Origin: a bacterium
GTDB taxonomy: Bacteria; Bacteroidota; Ignavibacteria; UBA10030
Reading direction: 5' to 3'
Length of the DNA: 17,439 nucleotides
NCBI GenBank assembly: GCA_043803945.1
Contig: JAZDJN010000005.1
Coordinates: 1-17,439, forward strand
Part shown: positions 17,308 to 17,439 of the stretch, one piece after another
How positions within the stretch are numbered: position 1 is the first letter of the stretch
Layout of the letters: each line of letters opens with the position of its first letter
Program-made: the position numbers and the translations under genes
Notes under the pieces: generated by a model
What the model was told of the DNA's origin: nothing
Seen by the model: the letters and a program-made list of their open reading frames with translations, nothing else
The model's database searches: none

Positions 17308-17439
17308 GTCATGTCCGCCAGCACTTTTTTTGAAAGTAAAAGAATCACTTGGGGCCTATCTAGTGGTGGTAAATTCTTTAAGCAGTGCCTCGCACAACGG
17401 AAGACCAAATCAATAACGGCTTATTCATCAAGGTGCTGG

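Larger units (their letters stand above)
8577..17439 (+). mobile_element. Gene cassette array: 9 complete cassettes plus 1 truncated by the window end
   Basis: Cassettes defined by G|TT crossovers: 8578-9159, 9160-10183, 10184-12422, 12423-13160, 13161-14213, 14214-14978, 14979-16039, 16040-16643, 16644-17301 and 17302-end. All genes are on the + strand and unrelated to each other. Confidence 0.92.

Overview
Probably a chromosomal window from an FCB-superphylum bacterium (Ignavibacteria/Bacteroidota-like). This is inferred from a T9SS C-terminal sorting domain and strong Shine-Dalgarno use. The left part (1-7.2 kb) is housekeeping-type: a small beta-barrel protein, a single-domain response regulator, uvrA and a secreted S37-like serine peptidase. 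Their intergenic spaces are full of nested GC-rich palindromic mini-repeats. The right part (7.3-17.4 kb) is an atypical integron-like system. A tyrosine recombinase that lacks the IntI-specific insertion is co-oriented with, and directly upstream of, a predicted attI (crossover G8577|TT). Nine 144-158 bp attC-like sites follow, delimiting nine complete cassettes plus a tenth cut off by the window edge. Unusual features: each cassette has its own 16-30 bp terminal inverted repeats with a fixed A/C mismatch at position 11; the attC inner stems are perfect (no extrahelical bases) and carry a conserved branched interior; one attC is a chimera; the first cassette has no ORF. All alignments were done by eye and no database searches were run.
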